DNA from: Minisyncoccota bacterium
Lineage (GTDB): Bacteria; Patescibacteriota; Minisyncoccia; JBAYJV01
DNA: 64,000 nt
Assembly: GCA_041664925.1 (NCBI GenBank)
Contig: JBAYJV010000002.1
Location: 72,302-136,301 of the forward strand
Direction: 5' to 3'
The position numbers and the translations under genes are program-made. The notes under the pieces were generated by a model. The model searched no databases, was not told the origin of the DNA, and worked only from the letters and a program-made list of their open reading frames with translations. Shown in pieces: positions 34,348 to 43,638 of this stretch (positions within the stretch are counted from its first letter, which is position 1; every line of letters starts with the position of its first letter).

Positions 34348-35262
34348 CTAGAGCCACTTTCTCTTTCTAAAATAAGCGTACATCAAAAGGGATAGTATCG
34401 CAAATATTCCGATTAAAATCCAAAAATCATTATCCATGCCGATAATCGGCAAAACCTTAGTATCCCAAGCAAAAATCGCTGCCAGAAGCGATAGGGGAAA
34501 AGTAAAAGCAGAGATTACGGTCAAAACTTTGATTGCCTCATTGGTTTTGGCTGAGAAGAGGGTTTGATTGGTATCGTGAAGCATTTTAGCCGATTCATGA
34601 TAAGTTTCCAGAACATCGGCCACTTGTCTTGCCTGACCGCACAAGCTCTCTAAATAAGGTCTATATTTTGTTCCAAAAAGTTTAGTAATTTCCTTTTGGA
34701 GAGATTCCAAAATTTCATGATGGAATTTTATCATGCGCTTGAAGTTTGAAACATCGCGCATTAAATAGGCGATTTCTTCCAGCATCTGCCTTTCGTTGCC
34801 GCGATAAATTTCGCTTTCGCAGTGAAGAATATTTTTTCTAATATGTTCTAATTGCCTTTGGGAAAATTCAAAATTGGCGCTTAAAATATGATAAAGAAGC
34901 CTGACAGGATCTTTGAAATATTTTTTTTGAAGAATTGTGTCATTTTTCATAACTTCCTCCAATTCGTCCAGTGCCTGAATTTTTGTGTAATGAATCGTAG
35001 CAAGCGCTAAAGTGTTCTTAGTAATCAAAAAATCTAGCTCTCCGGGCTCAACGGTACGTTCTTTTTGATTATATATTGGAAAATGAATCACCATGTAAAT
35101 ATAATCTTTATAGCGCTCAACCTTAGCTCGCAAGGATGGTCTCTTTAGTTCTTCTAGGGTAATAGAATGGAATCCATAACTCTTTTTCAACTCTAACAAT
35201 TCATCCATTTTTGGAGATAAAAGTTGAAGCCAAGTTGTGTTATTGTTTTTTATTTTTTTCAT
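34348..35262 (-). CDS. CorA-like divalent-cation transporter family protein
   Basis: soluble N-domain, two C-terminal TM helices with GMDNDF in place of GMN, KRKWL tail. Confidence 0.55.
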   Translation of the reverse strand: MKKIKNNNTTWLQLLSPKMDELLELKKSYGFHSITLEELKRPSLRAKVERYKDYIYMVIHFPIYNQKERTVEPGELDFLITKNTLALATIHYTKIQALDELEEVMKNDTILQKKYFKDPVRLLYHILSANFEFSQRQLEHIRKNILHCESEIYRGNERQMLEEIAYLMRDVSNFKRMIKFHHEILESLQKEITKLFGTKYRPYLESLCGQARQVADVLETYHESAKMLHDTNQTLFSAKTNEAIKVLTVISAFTFPLSLLAAIFAWDTKVLPIIGMDNDFWILIGIFAILSLLMYAYFRKRKWL

Positions 35263-35280
35263 GATGACTTTGTTTTATGA

Positions 35281-35355
35281 TGTCATCCTGAGCGCAGCGA
35301 AGGATCTCTCTTTTTTACTTGCTATGGGATTCTTTGTCTTCGCCTCAGAATGACA
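35281..35355. mobile_element. MITE-like 75-bp element TGTCATCCTGAGCGCAGCGAAGGATCTC...TTCGCCTCAGAATGACA
   Basis: perfect 12-bp inverted ends; related to 27766 and 62567 copies. Confidence 0.5.
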
Positions 35356-35446
35356 ACAAAATTGTGAATAGCTTAGTGCTTCCCATTTTATCAAAAAATC
35401 TTCAAAAAAACAAAAGCGGAGAAAAACATTCTCCGCTAATCGTTCT

Positions 35447-35614
35447 CTAAAGTGACGCTACTAATCCGTGACAAGCAAGAGCAAAAGAACAAGCGCTAAA
35501 GAAGTATATCGTTCTCTTCGAAGGACCCTCTTGTAATGATAAGAATCTAACAGCAAGACACAGAATTGTTACCGCAATAAGAAAACCGAGCAAAAACAGA
35601 ATTGACTCTTTCAT
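35447..35614 (-). CDS. small membrane peptide (55 aa)
   Basis: internal ATG preceded by AAGGAGGAG (4-nt spacer); MKESILFLLGFLIAVTILCLAV. Confidence 0.45.
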   Translation of the reverse strand: MKESILFLLGFLIAVTILCLAVRFLSLQEGPSKRTIYFFSACSFALACHGLVASL

Positions 35615-35624
35615 TTGCTCCTCC

Positions 35625-35900
35625 TTAATGCGCAATTCCGGAAGATTCTTGCTTGAAACCCTCTGCGTATCTTTTTCTAAGGCGCTCACATTGTTCTGGT
35701 GTTAGACGTTTGTCCATTTTTTTCAACAAATCAGGACTAATGTCTCTCAATGGATTACCATGTAAAGCATCATATCTACCGCAACCATGATAAATAGTTT
35801 CAAGACATTCCATAAATGGCTTTCTACATGTGAATACAACAAACACTAGACCAAAAACCGCACCTAGAATTATTGGAAGATACGCCACGAAAAATTTCAT
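35625..35900 (-). CDS. small membrane-anchored protein (91 aa) with Cys/His-rich soluble part
   Basis: RBS AGGAGGGATT; TM FVAYLPIILGAVFGLVFVVF; CRKPFMECLETIYHGCGRYDALHG. Confidence 0.5.
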   Translation of the reverse strand: MKFFVAYLPIILGAVFGLVFVVFTCRKPFMECLETIYHGCGRYDALHGNPLRDISPDLLKKMDKRLTPEQCERLRKRYAEGFKQESSGIAH

Positions 35901-36061
35901 AATCCCTCCTTTTCTATTTAAAGAACTATAAGTTTATTGTATCAAATATTATTCAAAAATCAATCATATCTTTGTAATATAAATAAAAAAAGAGGCTAGT
36001 CTTCTGCGACTAGCCCTCTTAGTTCTGTCAGCGGCATGCCTGAGATGCCACGCAAGAACTC

Positions 36062-36463
36062 TTAGTCCTTTTCAAAGCGCAATCGAAGACTAAGCCATGC
36101 CAACTTCGGCAATGGCTCCTTGCTGTAAAGCGCCTTGTTTCTGATGTCGATCTTTCCCTTGGGAAAAACCTCCCGCTTAATGACCCGAAGGACCTGCGGA
36201 ATGATTTCGTGCCAAGAGAAAGCCGATCCGATCGTAACTTCTAGTTCGTATGGACGAATCCCTACTTCGGTCACGCCATTGATAGCCATCAAGGCGCGAA
36301 CAACCCTTGCTCCCTGTTCGCCAATCCTTTTAAGATAGGGATCAGAGGTTGGTCTAAGGGGTCCAAAGAATTCATTAAGAGAGTCGTCCGAGATTCGTTC
36401 TGAAACACCAAAAGACATCTTGCCTGGGGTTCCTTCCTCCAATACAACGATCTGCTTCTTCAT
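36062..36463 (-). CDS. hypothetical protein (133 aa), locally GC-rich gene
   Basis: RBS AAAAAGGAGCAACGCA; no confident motif. Confidence 0.45.
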   Translation of the reverse strand: MKKQIVVLEEGTPGKMSFGVSERISDDSLNEFFGPLRPTSDPYLKRIGEQGARVVRALMAINGVTEVGIRPYELEVTIGSAFSWHEIIPQVLRVIKREVFPKGKIDIRNKALYSKEPLPKLAWLSLRLRFEKD

Positions 36464-36677
36464 TGCGTTGCTCCTTTTTCTTCCTCGTCTTCGTCTTCGT
36501 CTTCATCGTCGTCTTGTAGCTTGAGTTCTCAGGCAACTCTCACTACATCTCTATTATAGCATATTCCATTAAAAAAATCAAGCTTTTTAGTGTTTTTTAA
36601 CTAAATTAAAATTACGGAGGACGGACCTCCGTAAAATTAATAAGTTGATATTATTTGTAATTAATGAAATTAATTAT

Positions 36678-38912
36678 TCATTTCTCTTCTAGTTTTGCGC
36701 ACAACTTTCCTGCTGAACAGAATTTCTTGCCTTTAATGTTTTCCACCATCAATGCTCCGCAATCAGAACATTTTTCTCCTGTCGGCTTATTCCACAGCGC
36801 AAATTTACAATCAGGATATTTGTCGCAAGCATAAAAAATGCGTCCTTTTTTAGTGCGTTTTTGGATTATTTCTCCAGAAGAGCAAGCCGGGCAATCAACG
36901 CCAGTTTTTTGAGTTTTGCCGCTTTCAATGTGTTTGCATTTTGGATAATTTTCACACCCTATGAATTCACCAAATCTTCCTTTTTTAAAAACTAATCTTC
37001 CTTGGCAATCAGGACATTTTTTGTCGCTATACTTCGGTTCATTATTTTCTTTGCCGTCAGGCGATTCAATATATTTACAAGCAGGGTAGTTTGAACAAGC
37101 GATAAACTTTCCATAGCGAGAGAATTTTTCAACCATACCACTGCCGCATTTAGGACATTTTTTATCAACCGCTTTTCCATTCTGTGTCTTTACTTTATCA
37201 TAAGTTTCTTTAAGGGTTTTAGAAAATGGTCCATAAAACTCCCTAATGACTGGTACCCATTCTTTTTTGCCTGACGCTATATCATCCAAACTTTCTTCCA
37301 TTGAAGCGGTAAAATCATAATCAACAATAGAATTAAAATGTTTTACTAACAGATCATTCACCATAGAGCCGATCTCAGTTGGCACGAATCTTTTTTCTTC
37401 GTTTTTTTCTACATAACCTCGGGTCTGAATAGTGGTAATCGTTGGAGCATAGGTTGATGGACGGCCAATGCCATATTTTTCAAGAGTTTTTATAAGCATT
37501 GCTTCCGAATAGCGAGCAGGCGGTTGAGTAGATTTCTGTTCTGAGATAATTTCTTTAAGATTTAAAACATCGCCTTGATTCAATTCTGGAAGGATTTTTT
37601 CTTTTGAATTTGATTTATATATTTTAAGAAATCCTTCAAATTTAATAACTTCGCCCTTGGTTTCAAGTTCGTATGTTTTGCTACCATTTGCTTCAATTGT
37701 AATTTTTGTTGTTTCAATTTGAGCAGGTGCCATTTGAGAAGCGATTGCCCGTTTCCAAATAAGCCCATAAAGTCTTGCTTCGTCATTTGAAAGATGCAAT
37801 TTTATACTTTCTGGGTCACGAAAAGCGCTTGTCGGCCTGATCGCTTCGTGAGCTTCTTGGGCCGACTTTGATTTAGTCTTAAAATGGCGCACTCCTTCTG
37901 TAAAATCAGCGCCGATTTTTTCTTTGAGATATTTTTGAGTTTCAAATAAAAACGATTCTGCTAAATTAACAGAATCGGTACGCATGTAAGTTATTAAACC
38001 AGTCGGAGCTCCCTTTTCTAGTTTTATACCTTCATAAAGTTTTTGAGCAACAAACATTGTTTTTTTGGAAGAAAAATGCAACCTGATCGCAGCATCTTGT
38101 TGAAGTGTGCTAGTCGTATAAGGACCAAGGGGATATTTTAAATTCTTTTTTCTTTCGACAGATAAGATTTTATAATTTGCCTTACTTAAATCATTCTTAA
38201 TACTCTGAGCTTCTTTTTCGTTCTTTACGGTAAGTTTATCTAATTTTTTATCGTCGATTTTAGTTAAAATAGCTTCTATCTCTTTATCTTTATTTTTAAA
38301 TAAGATGGCAATAATACTCCAAAATTCTTCCTTTATAAATTTCTTTATTTCTTCTTCTCTCTCGCAAATCAATTTTACAGCAACAGATTGAACTCTTCCT
38401 GCCGATAATCCTCTGGCTATTTTTTTCCATAAAAAGGGCGATAATTTATAACCAACTAGTCGATCGAGAACTCGCCTTGCTTGTTGGGCGTTGACCATTT
38501 TCATGTCAATCTCGCGAGGATTCTTTAGCGCTTCATTGATTGCCTCTTTTGTAATTTCGTGAAATACAATTCTCTCAATTTGTTTTGCGTTTTGCGCTTT
38601 ACGTTTTGAGCTCGAGAGCCCAAGGGCTCTCGTGATATGCCAAGCAATCGCTTCTCCTTCGCGATCCTCGTCAGTTGCTAAAGTAATTGTATCCGCGTTA
38701 CTTGCTTCTTTTTTAAGAAGAGACAGGTTCTTTTTCGCTTTGGTTGGAATGATATATTCAGGCGCAAAATCTTTGGCCTCATCAATGCCAAGTCTTGATT
38801 TTGGTAAATCTCTAACATGACCAAAAGAAGACAGAACTTTATAGTTTTTATCCAAAAATTTGCTAATTGTTCTGGCTTTTGTAGGAGATTCGACTATTAC
38901 AAGATTTTTCAT
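36678..38912 (-). CDS. topA: DNA topoisomerase I with C-terminal zinc ribbons
   Basis: TOPRIM N-terminus (MKNLVIVESPTKARTISKFL, DEDREGE), active-site region, multiple CxxC...CxxC C-terminal repeats. Confidence 0.9.
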   Translation of the reverse strand: MKNLVIVESPTKARTISKFLDKNYKVLSSFGHVRDLPKSRLGIDEAKDFAPEYIIPTKAKKNLSLLKKEASNADTITLATDEDREGEAIAWHITRALGLSSSKRKAQNAKQIERIVFHEITKEAINEALKNPREIDMKMVNAQQARRVLDRLVGYKLSPFLWKKIARGLSAGRVQSVAVKLICEREEEIKKFIKEEFWSIIAILFKNKDKEIEAILTKIDDKKLDKLTVKNEKEAQSIKNDLSKANYKILSVERKKNLKYPLGPYTTSTLQQDAAIRLHFSSKKTMFVAQKLYEGIKLEKGAPTGLITYMRTDSVNLAESFLFETQKYLKEKIGADFTEGVRHFKTKSKSAQEAHEAIRPTSAFRDPESIKLHLSNDEARLYGLIWKRAIASQMAPAQIETTKITIEANGSKTYELETKGEVIKFEGFLKIYKSNSKEKILPELNQGDVLNLKEIISEQKSTQPPARYSEAMLIKTLEKYGIGRPSTYAPTITTIQTRGYVEKNEEKRFVPTEIGSMVNDLLVKHFNSIVDYDFTASMEESLDDIASGKKEWVPVIREFYGPFSKTLKETYDKVKTQNGKAVDKKCPKCGSGMVEKFSRYGKFIACSNYPACKYIESPDGKENNEPKYSDKKCPDCQGRLVFKKGRFGEFIGCENYPKCKHIESGKTQKTGVDCPACSSGEIIQKRTKKGRIFYACDKYPDCKFALWNKPTGEKCSDCGALMVENIKGKKFCSAGKLCAKLEEK

Positions 38913-38923
38913 GTTTATGGTAT

Positions 38924-40012
38924 TTATCTTTTTAATGAATATAATCCGCCACCAAGATTCTTTATTTTTCCTTTCATTTCCATTATGGTTAACAAGGAAT
39001 TGATTTGAGCTACGGGCAATTTGAGTTCTTTAATAATTTTATTAATTTCTTGAGGCACCTCTTCTAAAAGCTTAATGATTTTTTCTTCTTCGGGACTATC
39101 AGCAACTATTTTCTTTGTTTCTTTATAACTTTTAATATTCTTAATTTCAAGCTCAGTAATGATATCTTCTGGTTTAGTGACTAATTTTGCGCCTTGTTTT
39201 AGTAGCTGATGTGTTCCCTCAGAACGAATAGAAAAAATATTTCCTGGAATAGCAAAAACTTCTCGATTTTGTTCAACGGCGTGATTGGCTGTCAGAAGCG
39301 ATCCGCTCTTTTCATTGGCTTCAATGACTAAAACTCCTAGAGAAAGTCCGCTAATAATCCTATTTCTGTTAGGAAAATGATGTTTCAATGGAGGAGAGCC
39401 CAGAGGGTACTCTGAGATAATCACGCCTCCTGATCGTAGAATATCCTGTCCCAATTTCCTATTCGAAGAAGGATAAATCTGATCCAACCCACACCCCAAG
39501 ACACCAACAGTTTTTCCTCCGGCCTCTACCGTTGCTCTATGAGCTAAGGCATCTATACCTAGAGCCAAGCCAGAGACAATTGTAAGCTGCATCTGGGCAA
39601 GTTCTGAAGCAAAATATTCAACAACCTCTTTGCCATAAGGAGTATAACGGCGCGTTCCAACAATTGCAAGAGAAAACTCAGAAAAAGCTTCGCTATTTCC
39701 TAAGTAATATAGTATTTCTGGTGGATCATAAATCTCTTTTAAGAGTTGAGGATAGGCCTTGTCTTGTTTTATTAGAATTTTAACCTTGTATTTTTCCAAG
39801 TGTTCCATTTCTTTTTCAGGATTAATGTTTTTTCTTTCTTTATCAAGATATTCAATAATCTTTCCTTTTAATCCGGCGCCTGTAAAAGATTGAGCAGACG
39901 ATTGCCAGGCTTTTTCGTAAGAACCAAAATATTTCTTTATTTTCTTTAAGGTCTGGGGTCCAATAAGCTCAAATTGATTAAAAGCGTTTAAATATTTTAT
40001 TTCATTGTTCAT
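38924..40012 (-). CDS. dprA: DNA processing protein DprA/Smf
   Basis: Rossmann-like core IVGTRRYTPYGKEVVEYFASELAQMQLTIVSGLALGIDALAHRA...GKTVGVLGCGLD. Confidence 0.85.
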   Translation of the reverse strand: MNNEIKYLNAFNQFELIGPQTLKKIKKYFGSYEKAWQSSAQSFTGAGLKGKIIEYLDKERKNINPEKEMEHLEKYKVKILIKQDKAYPQLLKEIYDPPEILYYLGNSEAFSEFSLAIVGTRRYTPYGKEVVEYFASELAQMQLTIVSGLALGIDALAHRATVEAGGKTVGVLGCGLDQIYPSSNRKLGQDILRSGGVIISEYPLGSPPLKHHFPNRNRIISGLSLGVLVIEANEKSGSLLTANHAVEQNREVFAIPGNIFSIRSEGTHQLLKQGAKLVTKPEDIITELEIKNIKSYKETKKIVADSPEEEKIIKLLEEVPQEINKIIKELKLPVAQINSLLTIMEMKGKIKNLGGGLYSLKR

Positions 40013-40157
40013 GATGCTTTATATGTATAAAAAAATTCACTTACGACTGAAACCATTTTAAGGATAAAATTAAAAAGAAGCAAATTTTTTAGAATATACC
40101 ATTTAAAAAACAACATATTAAAAAATGTCCTTCTATCTTTTTTGACAGAAGGACATA

Positions 40158-40514
40158 TTACGAAAACAGACCAACAATTAACTTAATGCCGATAATCTCA
40201 ATTGTTCCCCAAATAAAGAGCAAAACATATGCCACTTTTAGCCACGCAATATGTTTTCCATAACCAATAACGTAAATAGGAACAATTAGTGCGGCTAGGC
40301 GATTAATAACAATCAACGTTATGTCAACTGATGGATTTGAGTTAAGAAAATCAACGCCTCTTAGAGCAACAGTTACATATCTTGTTATTAGAGTAGAAAG
40401 CCAGAGCCAAAAGAAAATCTTAGAACTGATGTTGTGGCGCAGAGCGAACGCCCTTAGTTTAGACAATAATCTCTTAATAGATTCTTTTGCTTTATTCAGT
40501 AAAAACTTATGCAC
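40158..40514 (-). CDS. hypothetical 3-TM membrane protein
   Basis: 118 aa; terminator ATGTCCTTCTgtcaaaaaagatAGAAGGACAT on minus sense. Confidence 0.45.
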   Translation of the reverse strand: MHKFLLNKAKESIKRLLSKLRAFALRHNISSKIFFWLWLSTLITRYVTVALRGVDFLNSNPSVDITLIVINRLAALIVPIYVIGYGKHIAWLKVAYVLLFIWGTIEIIGIKLIVGLFS

Positions 40515-40742
40515 TTTTCCTCCTTTGTTAGTTTTGTAAAGAACTATAAATTGAATTGTATCAGCAAATGCACCCTAAGTCAATGTTTTTAGTTGCTTTT
40601 TTTAAGAAAGTATGCTAATAATATAATATATATGAGTTCTTTAAAAAATAGGCAGTGTCCGCCTTCATTAAAATTTCGGCGGACTTAAAATCTTCTACAG
40701 CCTCGTTTCACTCGGCAAGAAGCTTTAAAGGAGGAAGAGAAA

Positions 40743-41936
40743 ATGGACAGAGAAAGCGTACGCACTAGTCTAAGAGAACTTATTTCTAGCGACAAACTAA
40801 CTGCGGAAGATTTATTGTCGGCAACAGCAACGGAGAAAGATTTGTTATTACATCTTGCCTGTCAATCAGGAGCAACAAGAGATGAGCTGACTAGAATAAT
40901 CGGATTTGTTCCAGATGCAGTGATGCTGGTTCATCCGAGAAGCATGGAAGATGTTCTTAATCGCTGTTCATTTTTGAAAGAAATGGATCCTGTTCGCCGA
41001 ACTAAATTTCTTGAAGGATTGTGGCCATTAGTACTTGATAGGGCAACCTACGGAAAGCTGAATATTTTAATCTTGACTCTTCCGTTGCTTCCAGAATATT
41101 GGTTCCCTGATGTAAACGATAGAGAAAAACATCGACACAATACTCAAGTCAAAGAAAGAAGTTGGCAGGATGCCCTGGATATTCTTGAAAGAATAGAAAG
41201 AGAATTTGGTCTAATGCCGATTATTTTGGGTGCTCTTACGGGTCGCATGACGAAGTTTCTTAAACATGGTGGCATAAAGAGTCCTATTGTAACAGGAACA
41301 ATTCTGACACCGATTATTATTCAAGACATGATTGAAAAAATCGTTTTTCCTGTCCAGAAAGACTCTGATTTAAAGATTTCTCTAATTGGCGGAGCTGGTG
41401 TTATGGGGCGTGCTATTCTTCTTTGGTTTGCTCAAAAGAGGGTTACTGATAATCTTTTGGTCGTTGAGGCAAACGAACAAGAAGTTAGGCGTCTTAGGGA
41501 TTTGTTTCCAGAAGAAAGTGGTTTTCATTTTGCCTGTACGTGTGACCTGAAAAAGATTAAAGACAGCGATTTAGTAATCGTGGCAACAGCAGCGCCTAAT
41601 GCCATTATTACTCAGGACATGCTATCGCCAAATACTATCATTATTGACGATACTCATCCATCAAACGTAGCTAAGGATGTTACTAATATAGTACTTCGCG
41701 TTATGGCAGTTGTTCCAGGGCTTGAGTATAAGTTTCCCATGGATCAGCAGGAACCTGGAGAGGCCGTAACTTGTTTTGCCGAAGGAATCTTAATTGCTGG
41801 AGAAAAAGAAGCATTCAGGTTTTATGATGATGATCCGTCTACGCCTTGGTATAAACAAATAGGAGCTTTGGTATGGATAAATGAGAGAGTGCACCAACTT
41901 GGCAACGTAACTAGTTCATTTAGAAAATCAACATAA
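40743..41936 (+). CDS. hypothetical protein with C-terminal Rossmann-fold NAD(P)-binding-like domain
   Basis: KISLIGGAGVMGRAILLWFAQK...LVVEANEQEVRRL...SDLVIVATAAPNAII (GxGxxG then acidic residue); RBS AAAGGAGGAAGAG; relatively GC-rich. Confidence 0.4.
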   Translation: MDRESVRTSLRELISSDKLTAEDLLSATATEKDLLLHLACQSGATRDELTRIIGFVPDAVMLVHPRSMEDVLNRCSFLKEMDPVRRTKFLEGLWPLVLDRATYGKLNILILTLPLLPEYWFPDVNDREKHRHNTQVKERSWQDALDILERIEREFGLMPIILGALTGRMTKFLKHGGIKSPIVTGTILTPIIIQDMIEKIVFPVQKDSDLKISLIGGAGVMGRAILLWFAQKRVTDNLLVVEANEQEVRRLRDLFPEESGFHFACTCDLKKIKDSDLVIVATAAPNAIITQDMLSPNTIIIDDTHPSNVAKDVTNIVLRVMAVVPGLEYKFPMDQQEPGEAVTCFAEGILIAGEKEAFRFYDDDPSTPWYKQIGALVWINERVHQLGNVTSSFRKST

Positions 41937-42027
41937 GCAAACAACAGGGGATAAGTCGTCCCCTGTTTCTTTTTGCCTAATTTATCAAAAAAAGTTAAAA
42001 TGTTAAAAAGGAGGTATTTTTTGATTT

Positions 42028-43638
42028 ATGGATTCTGTTAATATATTACTGACGATATCGGCAACTTTCAACCTTGGATTAGGATTTTATATTTATATTC
42101 AACGAAAGAAAAATCCAGTCAATGTCGCTTTTAGTTTAATTACTTTAAGTATATTTTTTTGGACAATAGCCATGATCGCTTATCGGTGGAGTGGTAGTTA
42201 TTATTCGGCGCTTTGGTGGTGCCGAATTTTATATTTCTTTCCGGTCTTTATAGCGCCTAGCCTCTTATATTTTTCTTTAGTTTTTCAAAGAATTGAAGTT
42301 AAAATTAAAAAGTCAGAAATTTTTCTAATTTATCTTTTTCCTTTTATTATTGGTGCCTTATCGTTTGTTCCTAATTTTATTATTAATAATGTTGTTTTAA
42401 GGCATGGAGCGGAAAAAGAAATTTATTTCGGCGCAGGTTATCCTGTTTATTTTGTTTTTTATTTCGTTTATTTTAGCTGGACATTTTTTAACTTTCTAAA
42501 AAAACTCAATCAAGCGGACATTCTTGGCAAAAAACAGATGCGCTGGGTGATTTTAGCAACTTTTACTCCGGTTACTGCTGGTTTAGTAACTAATTTAATT
42601 TTGCCCTGGGGATTTATCTTTTCGTATAACTGGATAGCCCAGGTGAGTACAATCTTTTTTATTGCTGGCATTGCTTATGCAATTGTTAAATACCAGCTTT
42701 TAAATATAAAAATAATTGTTGCTCAAATTATATCTTTGTTTTTAATTTCTATTTTATTTATTAATATTTTTTCTTTTGATAGTTCTTGGAGGTTGATGAT
42801 AAACCTAGGTGTTTTTTTGTTAGGCTTGATCTTCAGCGCAACTCTTATTAGATCAGTTATCAACGAAATGAATCAAAAAGAAGAGATTCAAGATCTTGCA
42901 GGTAATCTTAAAAAAGCCAACGATGAGCTTAAAAAGTTAGATGAAATAAAATCGGAATTCATTTCTATAGCATCACATCAATTACGAACGCCCTTATCCG
43001 CAATTAAGGGTTATGCCGCAATGCTCCTAGACGATGTTCAGGATCCCGAAGAAAAAGAAGCTTTAAATAAAATTTATCTTTCAAATGAGCGGCTAATTAA
43101 GCTAGTTAATGATCTTTTAAATCTATCACGCATCGAGAGAGGAAAACTTGAATTTATCTTTAGACCTTGCCAGCTGGCTGATTTACTTGACTCTGTTGTC
43201 AGTGAATTTCAAATGATTGCCAAAAGACGTGGATTAAAACTTGCGTACGAAAAAGTCAATCTGCCCTTCATTACCGCAGATGAAGACAAATTGCGCCAAG
43301 TTTTTCTAAATATTATAGATAATGCGATAAAATATACACTCAAGGGTAGCGTGACGGTAAAAACTCTTCTCGACAATGATTCTATTGTGGTAGCGATTCA
43401 AGATACTGGCGTTGGCATGAAACCGGGAGATCAAAAGCCGGTATATGAAAAATTCCAAAGAGGCAAAACTAGCGCTGTTGTTAATCCTGATGGAACCGGT
43501 ATCGGTCTTTATATTGCCAATAAGATTATCGAAGCTCATCATGGAAGAATCTGGTTTGAAAGTCCAGGTATTAATTTGGGTACGACTTTTTATGTGAAGC
43601 TTTCTCTAACCAACGATAAATTATCTTCATGGGCATAG
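42028..43638 (+). CDS. sensor histidine kinase with polytopic N-terminal membrane domain
   Basis: H-box ISIASHQLRTPLSAIKGYAAML, N-box IIDNAIKYT, G-boxes DTGVGM and GTGIGLYIANKIIEAHHG. Confidence 0.8.
   Translation: MDSVNILLTISATFNLGLGFYIYIQRKKNPVNVAFSLITLSIFFWTIAMIAYRWSGSYYSALWWCRILYFFPVFIAPSLLYFSLVFQRIEVKIKKSEIFLIYLFPFIIGALSFVPNFIINNVVLRHGAEKEIYFGAGYPVYFVFYFVYFSWTFFNFLKKLNQADILGKKQMRWVILATFTPVTAGLVTNLILPWGFIFSYNWIAQVSTIFFIAGIAYAIVKYQLLNIKIIVAQIISLFLISILFINIFSFDSSWRLMINLGVFLLGLIFSATLIRSVINEMNQKEEIQDLAGNLKKANDELKKLDEIKSEFISIASHQLRTPLSAIKGYAAMLLDDVQDPEEKEALNKIYLSNERLIKLVNDLLNLSRIERGKLEFIFRPCQLADLLDSVVSEFQMIAKRRGLKLAYEKVNLPFITADEDKLRQVFLNIIDNAIKYTLKGSVTVKTLLDNDSIVVAIQDTGVGMKPGDQKPVYEKFQRGKTSAVVNPDGTGIGLYIANKIIEAHHGRIWFESPGINLGTTFYVKLSLTNDKLSSWA

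Noticed and set aside
36992-38820. Several 60-68-aa ORFs on both strands inside topA
   Set aside because: They are embedded in or antisense to the confidently identified topoisomerase I gene.
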